This document shows, one piece after another, positions 32,201 to 43,672 of a stretch of DNA of 64,000 bases; position 1 is the first letter of the stretch, and the number at the start of each line of letters is the position of its first letter. Origin of the DNA: Caecitellus pseudoparvulus (taxonomy: Eukaryota > Protista > Bigyra: Bicosoecida); NCBI GenBank assembly GCA_965644315.1, contig CBFFRQ010000026.1:1-64000 (forward strand), read 5' to 3'. The notes under the pieces are model-generated. The model was not told the DNA's origin. It ran no database searches and was given only the letters and a program-made list of their open reading frames with translations. Both the position numbers and the translations under genes were made by a program.

Positions 32201-35200
32201 CTTGATCATGTGCTTCTGCACGGCGTGGGGGTCCTTGGCCTGCCCCAGGATCTCCAGCAGGTCTGCGTCGGAGACGAAGTAGAAGCGGGGGAAGGCCTGC
32301 CGCTTGCTCTCCAGGTACCGGTTGAGTTTCTTCTGGATGCTCTCCAGGGTGTCGTTCATGGAGTTGAGGAGGGGCAGGACGCCCTCCCGCCCACAGGCCC
32401 GCACAGCGTTGGGGTCCTCCACCATGCCCGTGGTGAGGGCGATGTACTGCTCGTTCACGGCGTCGAAGGCGGCCGCCTCCGCCGCCATCTGCTTGCGGAT
32501 GTCCTCCGCCCCCACGAAGATGCTCTCCAGGTACACCCACTGCCGCTGCACGGCCAGCTGCAGGTCCACCACCTCCGAAACCGTGGACAAGGTGGCCTCC
32601 CAGTGGTTGATCTTGTCCCGGAAGGCGCCGTAGTACTTGGAGGACTTCATGGAGGAGAGGTCCACGAGGTGCTCCTCCAGCGCCCCGAACAGGTCCTCCG
32701 TGCCGGAGATCTTGTAGTACGTGTCCTTGTACACGCCCATGTCCAGGTCCAGGTCCGCCCACGTGGCCTCGATGGCCTCCAGCGCCCGCTCGAAGCTGAG
32801 CTCCTTGGTGGCGTTGGCGGCCATCTCCTGGATGAACGCCTCGTGGTTGTGCAGGCCCATGGAGAAGATGGTGTCCAGGGTGAAGCCCGCAGACGTCTCG
32901 TCGAAGGTGATGGGCGGCGCCTTGCTGCTGCGCCGCTTGTTCAGCTCCTCCTTCAGGGCGGTCCAGTGCCGGGGGCGCATGGCCTCCGACCCCAGCGCCT
33001 CCACCAGGGGCATCGTGGACAGGAACTCCCGCACGCGCTTGTCCAGGGTGCCCCACACGCTCCACCCCGCCAGCTCCCGCATCTTCGTCACGCGGGTCTT
33101 GAAGCTGGCTGCTGCGGCTGACAGCTCCTCAGGGTCCAGGTCCGCGAACCGCCCCGCCTTCCACCCGCCCCACGCCGCCTCCCACTCCTCGAACAGGGCC
33201 CAGATGGTGGCCAGCTTCTCCAGGTCCGCCTCCGTGTCCAGCAGCTCCTGGGGCGTGGAGTAGGGGATGTCGAAGACCTTGATGCCGGGCGCCAGGGACG
33301 CCTCCCGAGCCCGCACGCTGGCCACGCGCTCGCCCCACTCCTCCAGCGTCGTCAGGGCCGCCGCCACGCTGCGCTTGCCGTCGTACGGCAGGTCCCGCTT
33401 GGCTTCCTTCTGCAGGGACACGACGGTGGAGGTGAAGGACGCCATCTGCTCCGACAGGTCCTTGCGCAGGTTGGCCTTGGCAGCCTTCAGCTTGTCCGCC
33501 ACAGACGGCAGGCGGTCCACGAACTCCGCCCACTGCCCGTCCAGCTCCCCCAGCGCCGCCGCATGCTCCTCCCCCACGCGCTCGTTGTACCGCTCCAGCA
33601 TGTCGAACATCTGGTGCAGGGGGGGCAGCCGCGCCGCCTGCACCGGCACGTCCGCCACCACCTGCGCATGTCGCTCCACTTGTGCGTGCAGGGCGGCGAG
33701 GTCTGTGGCTTCAGCCCGGAACACCTCCGTGTTCTCGGCGATGTACCCCTGCAGGGCCCGCAGCTCGCGCAGGGCGTTCTGCTTCAGCAGGTTGCAGTAG
33801 CCGGCCTGGAACTCGTCACAGTGCCGAATGAGCGTGTCCTTGATGAGTTTGTGGTCCACCTGCACGAAGTAAATGTGCCGACTGGCCGCTTCGTGGGTGC
33901 GGATCTCCTCGGCCAGCAGGCGGTAGGACTGGATGTGGTTTTCGTAGTTGCTGAGGGGGTTGGCCTTCTTGGCGAAGCGGGAGAACGTGCTCTCCTTGTC
34001 CTTGTCCCACAGGCTGCGGTACTTGTCGTTCTCAAACGTCTGCTTGTGGCGCTGCAGCTCCTTGGACGAGTGCTCGTTCAGGGCGGACATGATGGCAGTC
34101 AGCATCGTCAGCACGTCCTCGTCAGCTGACACCATGTGGAAGAACGTCAACTTGCCACTGCCAGCGGACGGCAGCATGGCAGTGGGGGCGGCGCTGCCGC
34201 TGCCACTTGCGGCAGCCTCCTTCCCTTCGGGGATGCCGCCGGCTTCGGCAGCCTCCCCGGGGCCACCGGGCGCGTAATACGCAGCGGGGCCCCCCGGCGG
34301 CAGCGCCGGCGGACGCCCCCGCAGCGTCGCCCGCCACGGCTCTGCCTCCAGCCGCTGGACGAGGGCCTCTGTGGCCCAGTACTGCCCCACCATAGTGGCG
34401 GGCAACACCTCCTCCACGCGCTTCACGACGCCGATGCAGGTGATGAGGTCCTTGGCCACGCCGTACACCATGTGGATGAGCTGGAACACCGTGGGGCGGT
34501 ACTCCACGTGGTCCCCATCCAGAACAAGGTACAGACGGAACAGCGGCGCCAGCTCCGTCTCGCCCTTGGCAGCCTGGGCATCCCCCTTGATGGCACGCTG
34601 CAGCTGCAGCACCGACGCCTTGACGCTGTGGCGCAGTGCGTCGTACACCGCCGCGTCCACACCCTGCACGTACTCCAGCCACGCCCGCTGCACGTCGGGC
34701 GGGTCGTCCTGGAAGAACCGGTACATGCGGCGCAGGGTGGCCACCATGGACTCGTGCGCCTGCCGCAGGGTGTCCTTGGCAGCCAGGCGGTGCTGGGCTT
34801 GGCGGCGCTCGAAGACACCCTCCTCGTGCACCTTGTTCTTTTCGATGTGGATGAGGCTCAGGCCGCGCATGGTGTGGATGGCGGCGCGCACGTCCCCCTT
34901 GCTGGCGTGGAAGCTGTCCACCACCAGGCGCAGCGCGGCACAGTTGCGCCGGCACCCCCGCAGGAAGTACTCCCGCTGCCCGGGGGACGTGGACCACTGC
35001 ATGTTGGTGAGCCCTTTGGCCACACGGCGGTCCAGCTGGTGCAGCATGTGCGCGAACAGCGCGCGCTCGTCGGATGTGAGGCTGCGCAGGATGCCGTTGT
35101 ACTCCCGCACCACCGTCATGACCATATCCCGCAGCACACGCAGGGACTCTGCCAGGCTGTTCGACAGGTCCGACGCCCAGAACGGCACGAGGAACTTGCC

Positions 35201-37531
35201 CTGGAACTTGTCCCAGTAGTGCACCTCCTGCAGCAGCTCCAGCAGCTCCGGGTCGAAGTTCACCTCCAGCAGGCCACTGGCCTTACGGGCCACGACACGG
35301 GCTGGGCGGTACACCTCCCCCCCCTCCATGCCCTCCGCGCCGCCGCCGCGCCCCCCCGCGCCCGTCGCACTGGCCTCCTCGTCTGCCAGCACGTCCTCCT
35401 CCGCCACCCGCCGCATGAGGGGCAGGCCCAGGCGTTTGGACAGGGCGGCCTGCTCGGCACTCTGCAGCGGCCCCACGAACCGCAGGAAGAGCTTGTGAAT
35501 GTGGTCGTCGTACGCCGTCATGTGCTCGTCAAAGGTGCGCCCGGCAGCCTCCACCACCAGCGGCGGCTTCACGAAGTGGCACCGGCACAGCATCTCCCAG
35601 TCCCGCTCCACGCGCGCCTGCAGTCCCCGCGTCCACAGCGCTGCGCCAGCACACGGCGGCTCGCCGGGGGTCAGCGGCGGGGCGTCCCAGTGCGCCTCGA
35701 AGTGGCTCTTCGTGTCCATCATCTGCGTCATGAACATGCTGTACACGTCTGCAGCCGCCTTCTCCACGGCCTTCTTCACGGAGGGCCGCTTGGCCAGGCT
35801 GGAGAAGGCCTCCAGTAACTCCGCACATGCGGGGATGGACGTCACGCCGTCAAACGCCAGCGTGATGACGTTGCCCATCATGGCCTCCAGGTCCCGCACA
35901 GCGGGCTTGAAGATGTTGTTCACGTCGTGCCAGCGCGTGCCGCGGATCTTCAGCACCTCCCCCTTCACCCGTGCGAGCATGGACAAGTACTTGCCAAATT
36001 CCGCTTGAATCGTCGTCAGCGACGTGACGATTTCGGGCCCCCGCGAGCCGCCAAACACCGGCAGCGGCAACGGCTCGCCCCCTGGCCCACACTTGCGTGC
36101 GAACTGCTGCTGCGCCAGGCACACCTCCTGCAGGTCGTGGCAGCGCAGTTGAAAGGAGTTCACCTGCGCAAAGATCTCCCGCTCGTCAAAGTCCCACAGC
36201 GCGCAGCCGCGGCGGTCAGCTGGAATCGCCGCGATGGCGCCCGCAGCCGACGCGTACACGCCCTTCCACGCGTCAATGGCAGCGACACACTCTGCCAGGT
36301 GCCCCTGCACCCGCGGCACGTCCCCCACGAACACGTCGTCCAGGGAGATGTGTGCACGGCAACGCGCCATGACGGCGTTGGACACCTTGCGCAGGAGCGT
36401 CTTGATCTGCCCCGGGCTGCGGTAGTGCTTGGACACCGTCGCCATGACGCGGATGCGTGCCAGTAGCGGCTTCAGCAGCCCAGGCAGCTCCGGCGGCGTC
36501 GCTGCGTCGATGTCCGTGCACAGCGGCGTGAGCAGCTCCAGGAAGCGCAGGTTGTCGGCGGCCTCGTCCGCGTAGCTCTGAATCTTGTCCGCCACCTCGT
36601 GGTAGTTGGCCACCCACGACTGCGTGTCGGCTGCCGACACGGCCTGCACGATGGCCTGCACGCCCGGCCGCTTCAGCTGCTCGGAGATGCCGGACAAGTC
36701 CACCACACGCCGGCGCCAGAACTCAATTTCCGCAAGCGGCCCCGCGTTCTCCATCGTGCTGCCGCCGCCCTCCTGCGTGGACAGCACCGCCTTGATCTGC
36801 CGCGTCCAGTGAATGAGTGTCTGGTTCAGCTGTTTGGCCACCTCCTTCCGCCCAGCGGGCGTGTCGGCTGTCAGGCTCACGTCAGGCAGGTACAGCACCG
36901 TCTGGCCCCGCGCCTGAAACGCCGTCTCCGTCAGCGCAGCCATGAAGCGCTGCGTTTCGCCGTCGAATTCACGGGCGATGCCCTCTGGCCACGCAGTCTG
37001 CGACTTGAGCAGCGGCATGTACACCCGCCCCACCACCTTGTGCAGGGCGTCCATGGAGCCGTTGTTCACGCGCCCGAACTGCACGGCGGTGTGCACGCTC
37101 TCCCGCGTCACCGGCTCGCTGTCTGCCCGCACGAAGTACATGAAGTGCCGCGGGGACACCTCCAGCCGCATGAACGGCGTCAGGAACGCCAGCTGCCCGT
37201 CCTGGCTCATGTACGCAATCAGCTTCAGCGTGTCGCGGCTCTGCAGGAACTGCGCTGCCACCTCTGCATGCTCGGGACGCCAGTGCAGCTCCTCCCGATA
37301 CCCTTTCAGCCGCAGGCGCGCCTTCAGCCACTCCACCAGCTCCCTGCGACACGCCGGTGTATGCGTGCAACCTTGGCAGGAAACGCCCTCCCACACGTGC
37401 GCCTGCACTCACCGCGCTTCGCTGTCCAGAACAGCACCTGGGCGCCCAAGCGCCGTGTCCAGTCGTCCAGACCCCATTCCACCCCCACCAGTGGACGGAG
37501 ACAGGCTCCCCGCGCTGGATCCTGACGCCAT
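23300..37531 (-). CDS. DNAH2: Axonemal inner-arm dynein heavy chain, I1/f beta type (DNAH2-like); exons 37531-37413 and 37343-23300
   Basis: Four P-loops (GPAGTGKT, GLTLSGKS, GGTGTGKT, GVGGSGRQS) plus CFDEFNRI. The N-terminal HWTRQIK..GPLAEIEFWRRR..DLSGIS and C-terminal YACPLYYYP match the DNAH2 clade. One phase-2 intron (37412-37344, GTGAGT..CAG). Confidence 0.9.
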
Positions 37532-38466
37532 GGTGTGTTGTGCAATTTCCGCAACCAAGCCGTTTGCCTGCGCAGTGCCCCGGGGGCACGGTTTGCACAG
37601 TTCCGCAGCCCAGTCTGCGGAGGAGCAAGAATTCAGAGCAACAGTGTGCCCTGTTTGTGATTGGATTTGAGCACGCGTCTCAATGGTGTCCGGCTCCGCT
37701 CGACCGGGTGTCTGGCTCGAGGCGGGGGGGGCATCCCCCTCCAGAGCCTCGGACGCTGCACCAGCTGCTGCGGCTGCTGCCGTCGCCTTGGGGGAAGCTG
37801 CTTGCGGAGAGCGGTCGACACCACCTGGGCGCCCTTGAGGGCGACCTCTGCGCCGCCCACCAGCTCGAGACGCGTGGCGGGATGTGCCTGTCGCATCGGA
37901 GGTGAGCGGTGCAGCATTGCACACTCGCGGCCTTGTTCCGGCTGTCTGTGAACGTTCCCGGCTACGAAATGCCCAGAGTGGCCATCCTGCAGTTCATGAC
38001 CTTGTCTGGGACTGTCAAGTTGGGCAGTGAGCCCGTCCGCATCACCGCGGTCCCCGCACCCCTCCTCCCTCCAACGTCAGTCAGCCCCCCTCAAACAGTT
38101 CGCGACACTCTGCGCTCTGCCACAATCCACACGCCGCGTACATGGTCCGAGCCAATCATGTCAACGCACGCGCACCAACGTCTGTGTTTCCGGTTCTCCT
38201 CTGCGTCTGACTCCTCTTGCGGCGCACAGTGCGTGTTTGCGTCGTGTCTTGACGACTAGCCAATTACCGCAAGTCAAATCTTACACGAGCTGTGGATCGC
38301 GAGCCAGCCGCCATTCGCCCTTATAATACAGCCAAATCGGCTCTTCAACACTCAAAGTAATAGTGAGTGCAGTTCTGTGGCGTGGTGTGGTGCCGCTCGC
38401 GTGCGCTCGAGCCTGCGTTGTCGCGCGCAAACGACACAAGCACGGTCTTCGCATTGACTCACAGGT

Positions 38467-40293
38467 ATGGAAAAAGCAGCGGCTCTGGCACATCCCCTGC
38501 GTGGCACACAACAGCCTGGCCCTTTTGAGGAGATGTGCGTTCGTGGGCAGCCCGTGTGCAGCCATCAAGCAATGACCGAGGAGGACAAAGCCTGGTTGGC
38601 GGGCATGGCAGCCGACACCAACCACCCCTTCATGCCCATAGACCACCTGCTGCCGGCCCTCCAAAGACTGACTCGGATCGAACGGAGACTGCACAGTCAG
38701 CCCACAGGGCCCCAAGCCTACCTCCTGACAGGTCCCAGCGGCGTTGGGAAGACCCACTTGCAGAAGGCATATGCCAGGCAGGTGACTGCGAGAAACGCCA
38801 GAGCGGGAGGCGACAGGCACACACTGTGCTGCAGCATCAACCTTGGGGCCCGTGAGCCTTCTGACACTAGTAGCTTCTATGAGTGGCTGCTCGGGTCAGT
38901 CGCAGAAAAGCTCTCAAAGCTGGAAGGGTATGAGTCTGTGACGGAGGTGCTGGGGCTGCTGGCCAGCTCTGCACATGGCGAACCCCGTGAGGCGGTTGAT
39001 GTGAAGCACCTGCTGTCCATGGTGTCAGCAGAGGGCGATGCTGCTAGCGCTGCCCCCTCAGGACTGTCGCCTGAGGTGTGCGAAGTTTTGGTCGACAAAG
39101 GAACAGACAATTGGCTGGGCCTGGCGAGCGCCGTGTTGAGAGAAGCCAACATCGCCGTCATTGTGCTCATTGACGAGGCCGACTGCCTGTTCCAGGGTGA
39201 TCACTTCACACGGGAGTGTGCAGACCTGTGGTGTGCGCAGCTGCGGTACCTGTTGTCGTTGGATTACCCTGCAGTTGGCGTGGTCCTGTGCACAGACTTT
39301 CTGCGTGCCAGCCAGCTGTTCGTTTACGACGGGCGGCCTCATGAGTTCCCACCCGATTTCACACATCACGAGCTGCGAAAGGACTGGTACAAGGCCTTGG
39401 TCGAGCACGTTCCTCTGGGGGGGCCTGCCTGGAACCGCACGTCCCTCGGGGCCTTCCTCCTCACATACGCGTGCAGGAAAGTGGACAGGACATTCTCCCT
39501 CTTCCAGCGCCACCTTGACCAGCAGCCGTCAGAGGCAGTGCTTCGGGTGGCCAGGGATCTCGATGAGCTGTGCCTGCGGGGCTGGAAGGGGGACGCTGGA
39601 GCAAGCTCTGCTGAGAAGCTGGACGCTTTCCTGGTGCACATCATGGAGCAGTTCGGGCAAACACCCAAACACCTCATCAAAGCAGTCCCCGGGCTTGTTG
39701 GCGCATGTCGGGAACCATGGACATGGCCAGTATCCACGGAGGAAGCTCCAGTGGAGGCCGACTTGGAGCAGACTGTCCCTATGCCCAAACTTCTGATGGA
39801 TACCTTCCACGAGATCCTGTCAGATGCCAAGCGAGAGCAGCTGGCCAAGGACACCCTGCTCACCTTCCGCTCTGGGCAGTACGCCGTGACCAGGACAGAG
39901 CTGGAAAGATCCCTGGAAGTGTACATCCCCCGCCAGGCACGACAGGCTGCAGTTGCAGCAGGCTACGGCGCCGCTCGCCCGGCACCTGCTCTTGCCGTTC
40001 CGACTGCTCTGCAGTGCATCGATGCCGCCTTGGATGCTGGGTGGCTCGTACCCCGTCACATTTGTCTGAGCCTGGGCAGCCTGCAAGCGTACCGCCAGAA
40101 CTGGTGTGGAGGTGTGCACCCTGAAATTATTAGGCGGATGCGGGAAGGTGAGTTTGGCAAGCAGGCTGAGTTGCCCATTGCCCGTGCCTTGGCGAGGATG
40201 CAGAGTCCCAAGGGAGGTGTCCTTGTGCGGCCCACCCACGAGTCAGTGTGGTGCGGCAACGATGGCTCAGAGTCACCAACCCTGACATGGTGA
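38467..40293 (+). CDS. P-loop NTPase (AAA+/STAND-like) of unknown function
   Basis: 608-aa ORF with Walker A (AYLLTGPSGVGKT) and Walker B (IAVIVLIDEAD), then a helical region. A candidate GTGAGT..CAG intron (38363-38464) lies immediately upstream of the ATG. Confidence 0.8.
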   Translation: MEKAAALAHPLRGTQQPGPFEEMCVRGQPVCSHQAMTEEDKAWLAGMAADTNHPFMPIDHLLPALQRLTRIERRLHSQPTGPQAYLLTGPSGVGKTHLQKAYARQVTARNARAGGDRHTLCCSINLGAREPSDTSSFYEWLLGSVAEKLSKLEGYESVTEVLGLLASSAHGEPREAVDVKHLLSMVSAEGDAASAAPSGLSPEVCEVLVDKGTDNWLGLASAVLREANIAVIVLIDEADCLFQGDHFTRECADLWCAQLRYLLSLDYPAVGVVLCTDFLRASQLFVYDGRPHEFPPDFTHHELRKDWYKALVEHVPLGGPAWNRTSLGAFLLTYACRKVDRTFSLFQRHLDQQPSEAVLRVARDLDELCLRGWKGDAGASSAEKLDAFLVHIMEQFGQTPKHLIKAVPGLVGACREPWTWPVSTEEAPVEADLEQTVPMPKLLMDTFHEILSDAKREQLAKDTLLTFRSGQYAVTRTELERSLEVYIPRQARQAAVAAGYGAARPAPALAVPTALQCIDAALDAGWLVPRHICLSLGSLQAYRQNWCGGVHPEIIRRMREGEFGKQAELPIARALARMQSPKGGVLVRPTHESVWCGNDGSESPTLTW

Positions 40294-40759
40294 GGGCTCT
40301 CAGCGGGCCGTCTCGCCCTGGACCCAAGGTGCACCATCGAGGCAGGCTCTAGCACAGCAGGTGGAATGCAAAGCAGTACCATGCGCCCAGTCTCTCATGC
40401 TGGCCCATGCCTGGTACTCTGCGCTCCTCACCCGCTGCACGCCACTCGCCGCTGCTGCCCCAGATCTGTCGCGCAGCAATGCTGTCGCCGAGAGTGGACT
40501 GGGCTGATCACCTGCGCTGCCGCGTGCAGCATGCCGGGACCCAGTTCAGACCCCGCCCGCCCACTGAGTGCGCGACACAGCTTCATGATGCACCAGGCAC
40601 ACATGGCAGGTGTGGCAGGTATGCCCAGTGCAGCAGCAGCAGCAGTGCCGGCCACCCAGGCCAAGGTGGCGGACGCGGAGTGATGGATCAGCGATGTAAT
40701 GCAAGGCAGTGCCCGGCGCATCACCACGCAATGGTTGCATTCACAATGGTGCCTGTGCG

Positions 40760-41497
40760 TCAGGCCTTGGAGATGGCGGCACGTGCAGCCTTGACGATGG
40801 TGGCGTGGTCCGCTGACAGGAAGGCGCCAGTCTTGGCGGTCTTCCACTTGGCAGCCTCTTCCTTGGTCACGGTGCCCTGCTCCAGGAAGTACGCCGTGAA
40901 GGCCCCCATGACTGCTGGGCGAGCGTCGGCGCTGTACATGTCCTCCAGTTGGCAGTAGCGCCCAGTGCCTTCAAGCAGGAACGCCGCGAACTCCTCCGCT
41001 CCAGCGGCACGCCCGGCATCGGCGATGGTCTTCACGGCAGCCTGCACCTTGTGCAGCTGCTCGACGTCTGCGGCACCGGCATTGCCGCCCATGCCAGCGT
41101 TGCCAGCATCACTCATCAGCTGCAGGAGAGCACTGGCCGCGGCGGGGGCGCTGGCACCGGACAGGTGTGTGCTCCATGCGGCGGCGATGTCCTCGGCACC
41201 CTTCCGGTCTGACGCTTGGCGCCATGCCAGCAGAGCCTGCAGGTGGGCCGCATCAGGGTGCGAGGCGATGGCGTCGCACTGCAGGGCAGCCGCCATGTTC
41301 TTGGTGAAGCCCCGTGTGTCGAAGGTGCAGGGGCCAGCCAGTGGCATGAGGCTGACGTCGTGCGGGATGGTGACGGGAGGGCCGTCCTCCTTCACCTTGG
41401 CGGCCTCCACCAACATGGTGCCAAGCAGGGCCAAGCCGGAGCCAGCGAAGAATGCGGTGCCAATGCTGCACAGCCGCACCAGGGTGGCCACGTGCAT
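40760..41497 (-). CDS. Orphan protein with N-terminal hydrophobic anchor/signal (about 245 aa)
   Basis: ATG 41497 begins MHVATLVRLCSIGTAFFAGSGLALLGTMLVEAA. Codons are GC3-rich and the body is Ala-rich and helical. Confidence 0.65.
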   Translation of the reverse strand: MHVATLVRLCSIGTAFFAGSGLALLGTMLVEAAKVKEDGPPVTIPHDVSLMPLAGPCTFDTRGFTKNMAAALQCDAIASHPDAAHLQALLAWRQASDRKGAEDIAAAWSTHLSGASAPAAASALLQLMSDAGNAGMGGNAGAADVEQLHKVQAAVKTIADAGRAAGAEEFAAFLLEGTGRYCQLEDMYSADARPAVMGAFTAYFLEQGTVTKEEAAKWKTAKTGAFLSADHATIVKAARAAISKA

Positions 41498-41785
41498 GCT
41501 GCCGTTGTTGATGACGGGGGCGAAGAGCTGCGAGGAGAGGGTACGGCCCCCTTTGCGATCCACGCGGCCTTTTGCAGCACCGGAAGCACACTCAAGTGTG
41601 GGATTCACTTGCTCGCCAGATCTTCTGCCGAAGTCGGGACCAGCCTGGCCTGGGGTTAGTACTTCTTGCCCAGTGCTGGCGGCTTCACTCTGCTCAGAAG
41701 AGTCAGTCGCACCGACTTGCACGCCGCACCGTTGGCAGGCATCAGCGCAGCATTAGCACCCGAGCAGTGTATTGTAGCAAGTAAA

Positions 41786-42953
41786 TCAGCAGCACTTTTT
41801 ACGCCGAGGGCAGCAGCGGGTGGGGCGTGGTAGCTTGCTAGCCAGGAGTTTCGTTAGTACCAGAACCAGTTGTACCCAAGCTGCGTACTCCAGAGAAGAG
41901 TCCCCTTCTTCAAAGCGTGAGGCATTGAGACTGAGTACACCCACAAAGAAGACCACCAGAGCACTGAACAGAGTAAGACGCACAGACGCCGTAAACAAAG
42001 TCTGAGCGCGTAACAGCCGCTGGTGAGCTTCAAGCAGTGCTTGCCGGAGGGGTTCTTGCCCGACTCCTTCTTCACGTGCCATACCTGCGTCATCATTGCC
42101 TTGAAATTCAAAGGGCACTGGACTCCCCATGCAGAATGCAAGCCTGGCGTAGAAACACGAAGGAGATCGCTGGCAGCACCAAAGAACGCCTTCCTCCGCC
42201 CATGTCTGCAATCTTCGTGAATGCCCCACATTCCAGCTCTGTGAGCTCGGCAGGTCATGCTCACCTTGTTCATCTGTCTGCGAGCCTACAACAAGCTGTT
42301 GGGTTTCGAATCTGTAGAGTTTGGCCCTGTCTCGTAGGCTTCGGGTCGTGGTGCAGTTCGGCATGTAGGGCCATTGGTCAGGGGTCCAGCGAGGGTTCAA
42401 CGCCGGGGGCAGCATCGTGAGGGACAGAATTTCCCTGTCCAGCGATTCTTCATCCAACTTTGTTTCGCGAAAGTTGTCGAATCTACCTTCGCGGCGCAGC
42501 TCGCCTTCTGTCCTGTGTCGCAGGGCACGAATTGCCGGTCGTCGCCACACCGAAACGGTGGCAGTACAAGGCCGGCCGGAGATGAAGAGAAGTACCCAAC
42601 TGAGCCAGTCAATGGCTGCCGCAAGAACGAGCAGGGCAGCACACTTTACAGAGCTGCCTACGAGCAATGCGCTCAGCTGACCAAGCCAGCCGGACAGCAT
42701 GAGCACAAAGGCAGCAACCAAGCAAGAGCCATTTATCCGTTGCCAGCAAGGCGCACGGGCATTGGTAGTATCTGCCTGCAGGCGGGGCAGGGCGTGCGGC
42801 AGTGCGCGGAAGGTGATCGCACCGGTGTTTGAAACGCCGCCATCATCAGCCTACCAGTTCTATGTCGTCATCGTCCACATTGTCAAGAGCAAGGTCAAGT
42901 ACTCGTCCATAGTATCGGCAACTATGCCTCTCACAGCAGCACAGATTACCCAT
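41786..42953 (-). CDS. Orphan multi-pass membrane protein with MGNLCCC N-terminus; exons 42953-42855 and 42775-41786
   Basis: An upstream 33-codon exon (MGNLCCCERHSCRYYGRVLDLALDNVDDDDIEL) is joined in frame by a 79-nt GT..CAG intron to the 311-aa ORF. About four hydrophobic segments; ends ...CCPRRKKCC. Confidence 0.6.
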
Positions 42954-43672
42954 CTCTGGCAAGCGGCGATGGCTTCAGGCGCAAGCGTGACGTGCGTTGC
43001 AACGCAGGGGTGCGGGTTGCGCAGGAGCTGACAGCCTCGCACTTCTCCTCTGGAGCAAGACCAGTGCCCAGTGAAGGGATGGTTTTGGGGTGTGAGCAGT
43101 GGGTATAAAAGTAGGGAAGGAAGTGTTTTGCCGGAGGAGTGATCTGTCGCCCTCCTTGAGAGGGGGCCTTCACTGGCGCGTTTCACTGGCGTTGCAACCC
43201 AGTCTACCCTACGCGTGTGGCTGTCACAGCACGAGAGCGTCCAAATTGGGCAAGCGAAGACATAAAACGAGTCTCAGCGCGTTGCATTCGCCCTGGGATG
43301 TTGCTCTGTGCTGTCGGCGAAGGCGGAAAAATCGCCTTGCAAAGATCCCTGGTGCCCTGCGCTGTCTTCTCGAAAGCGGAGTTCTTCACAGGTAGCGACA
43401 CAAGAGGACAGTTTCGAGTCAAAGTGCGCTGTGTTGGATCACAAGATGTCGTTCCTTGAGGCCCTTGTTGGGGGGGGCTCAAGAGCTGGCCGAAGGGCAG
43501 TTCCCAGCCACCCGGTCCAGCGGAGCCGGACACGTTTGAGATGCCTGCCCAAAACACACGACACGCGGAACGCACTGCGCACAGCACAGAGCTTGGAGGA
43601 TCCCACTCCACGCCTCTCCAGCGTGAGCTGTGTCGCGCGCTCAGTTGAGCTTGGGGTGCCGTCACTTCCACC

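Noticed and set aside
28529-33121. 1530-aa plus-strand ORF and other long ORFs antisense to dynein
   Set aside because: Shadow of strong GC3 codon bias on the real minus-strand gene; His/Gly/Leu-rich with no domain motifs.
37909-38326. Short ORFs upstream of the NTPase as a possible ubiquitin-like header exon
   Set aside because: Splice-like sites exist, but I could not build a convincing ATG-initiated in-frame model; needs RNA-seq.
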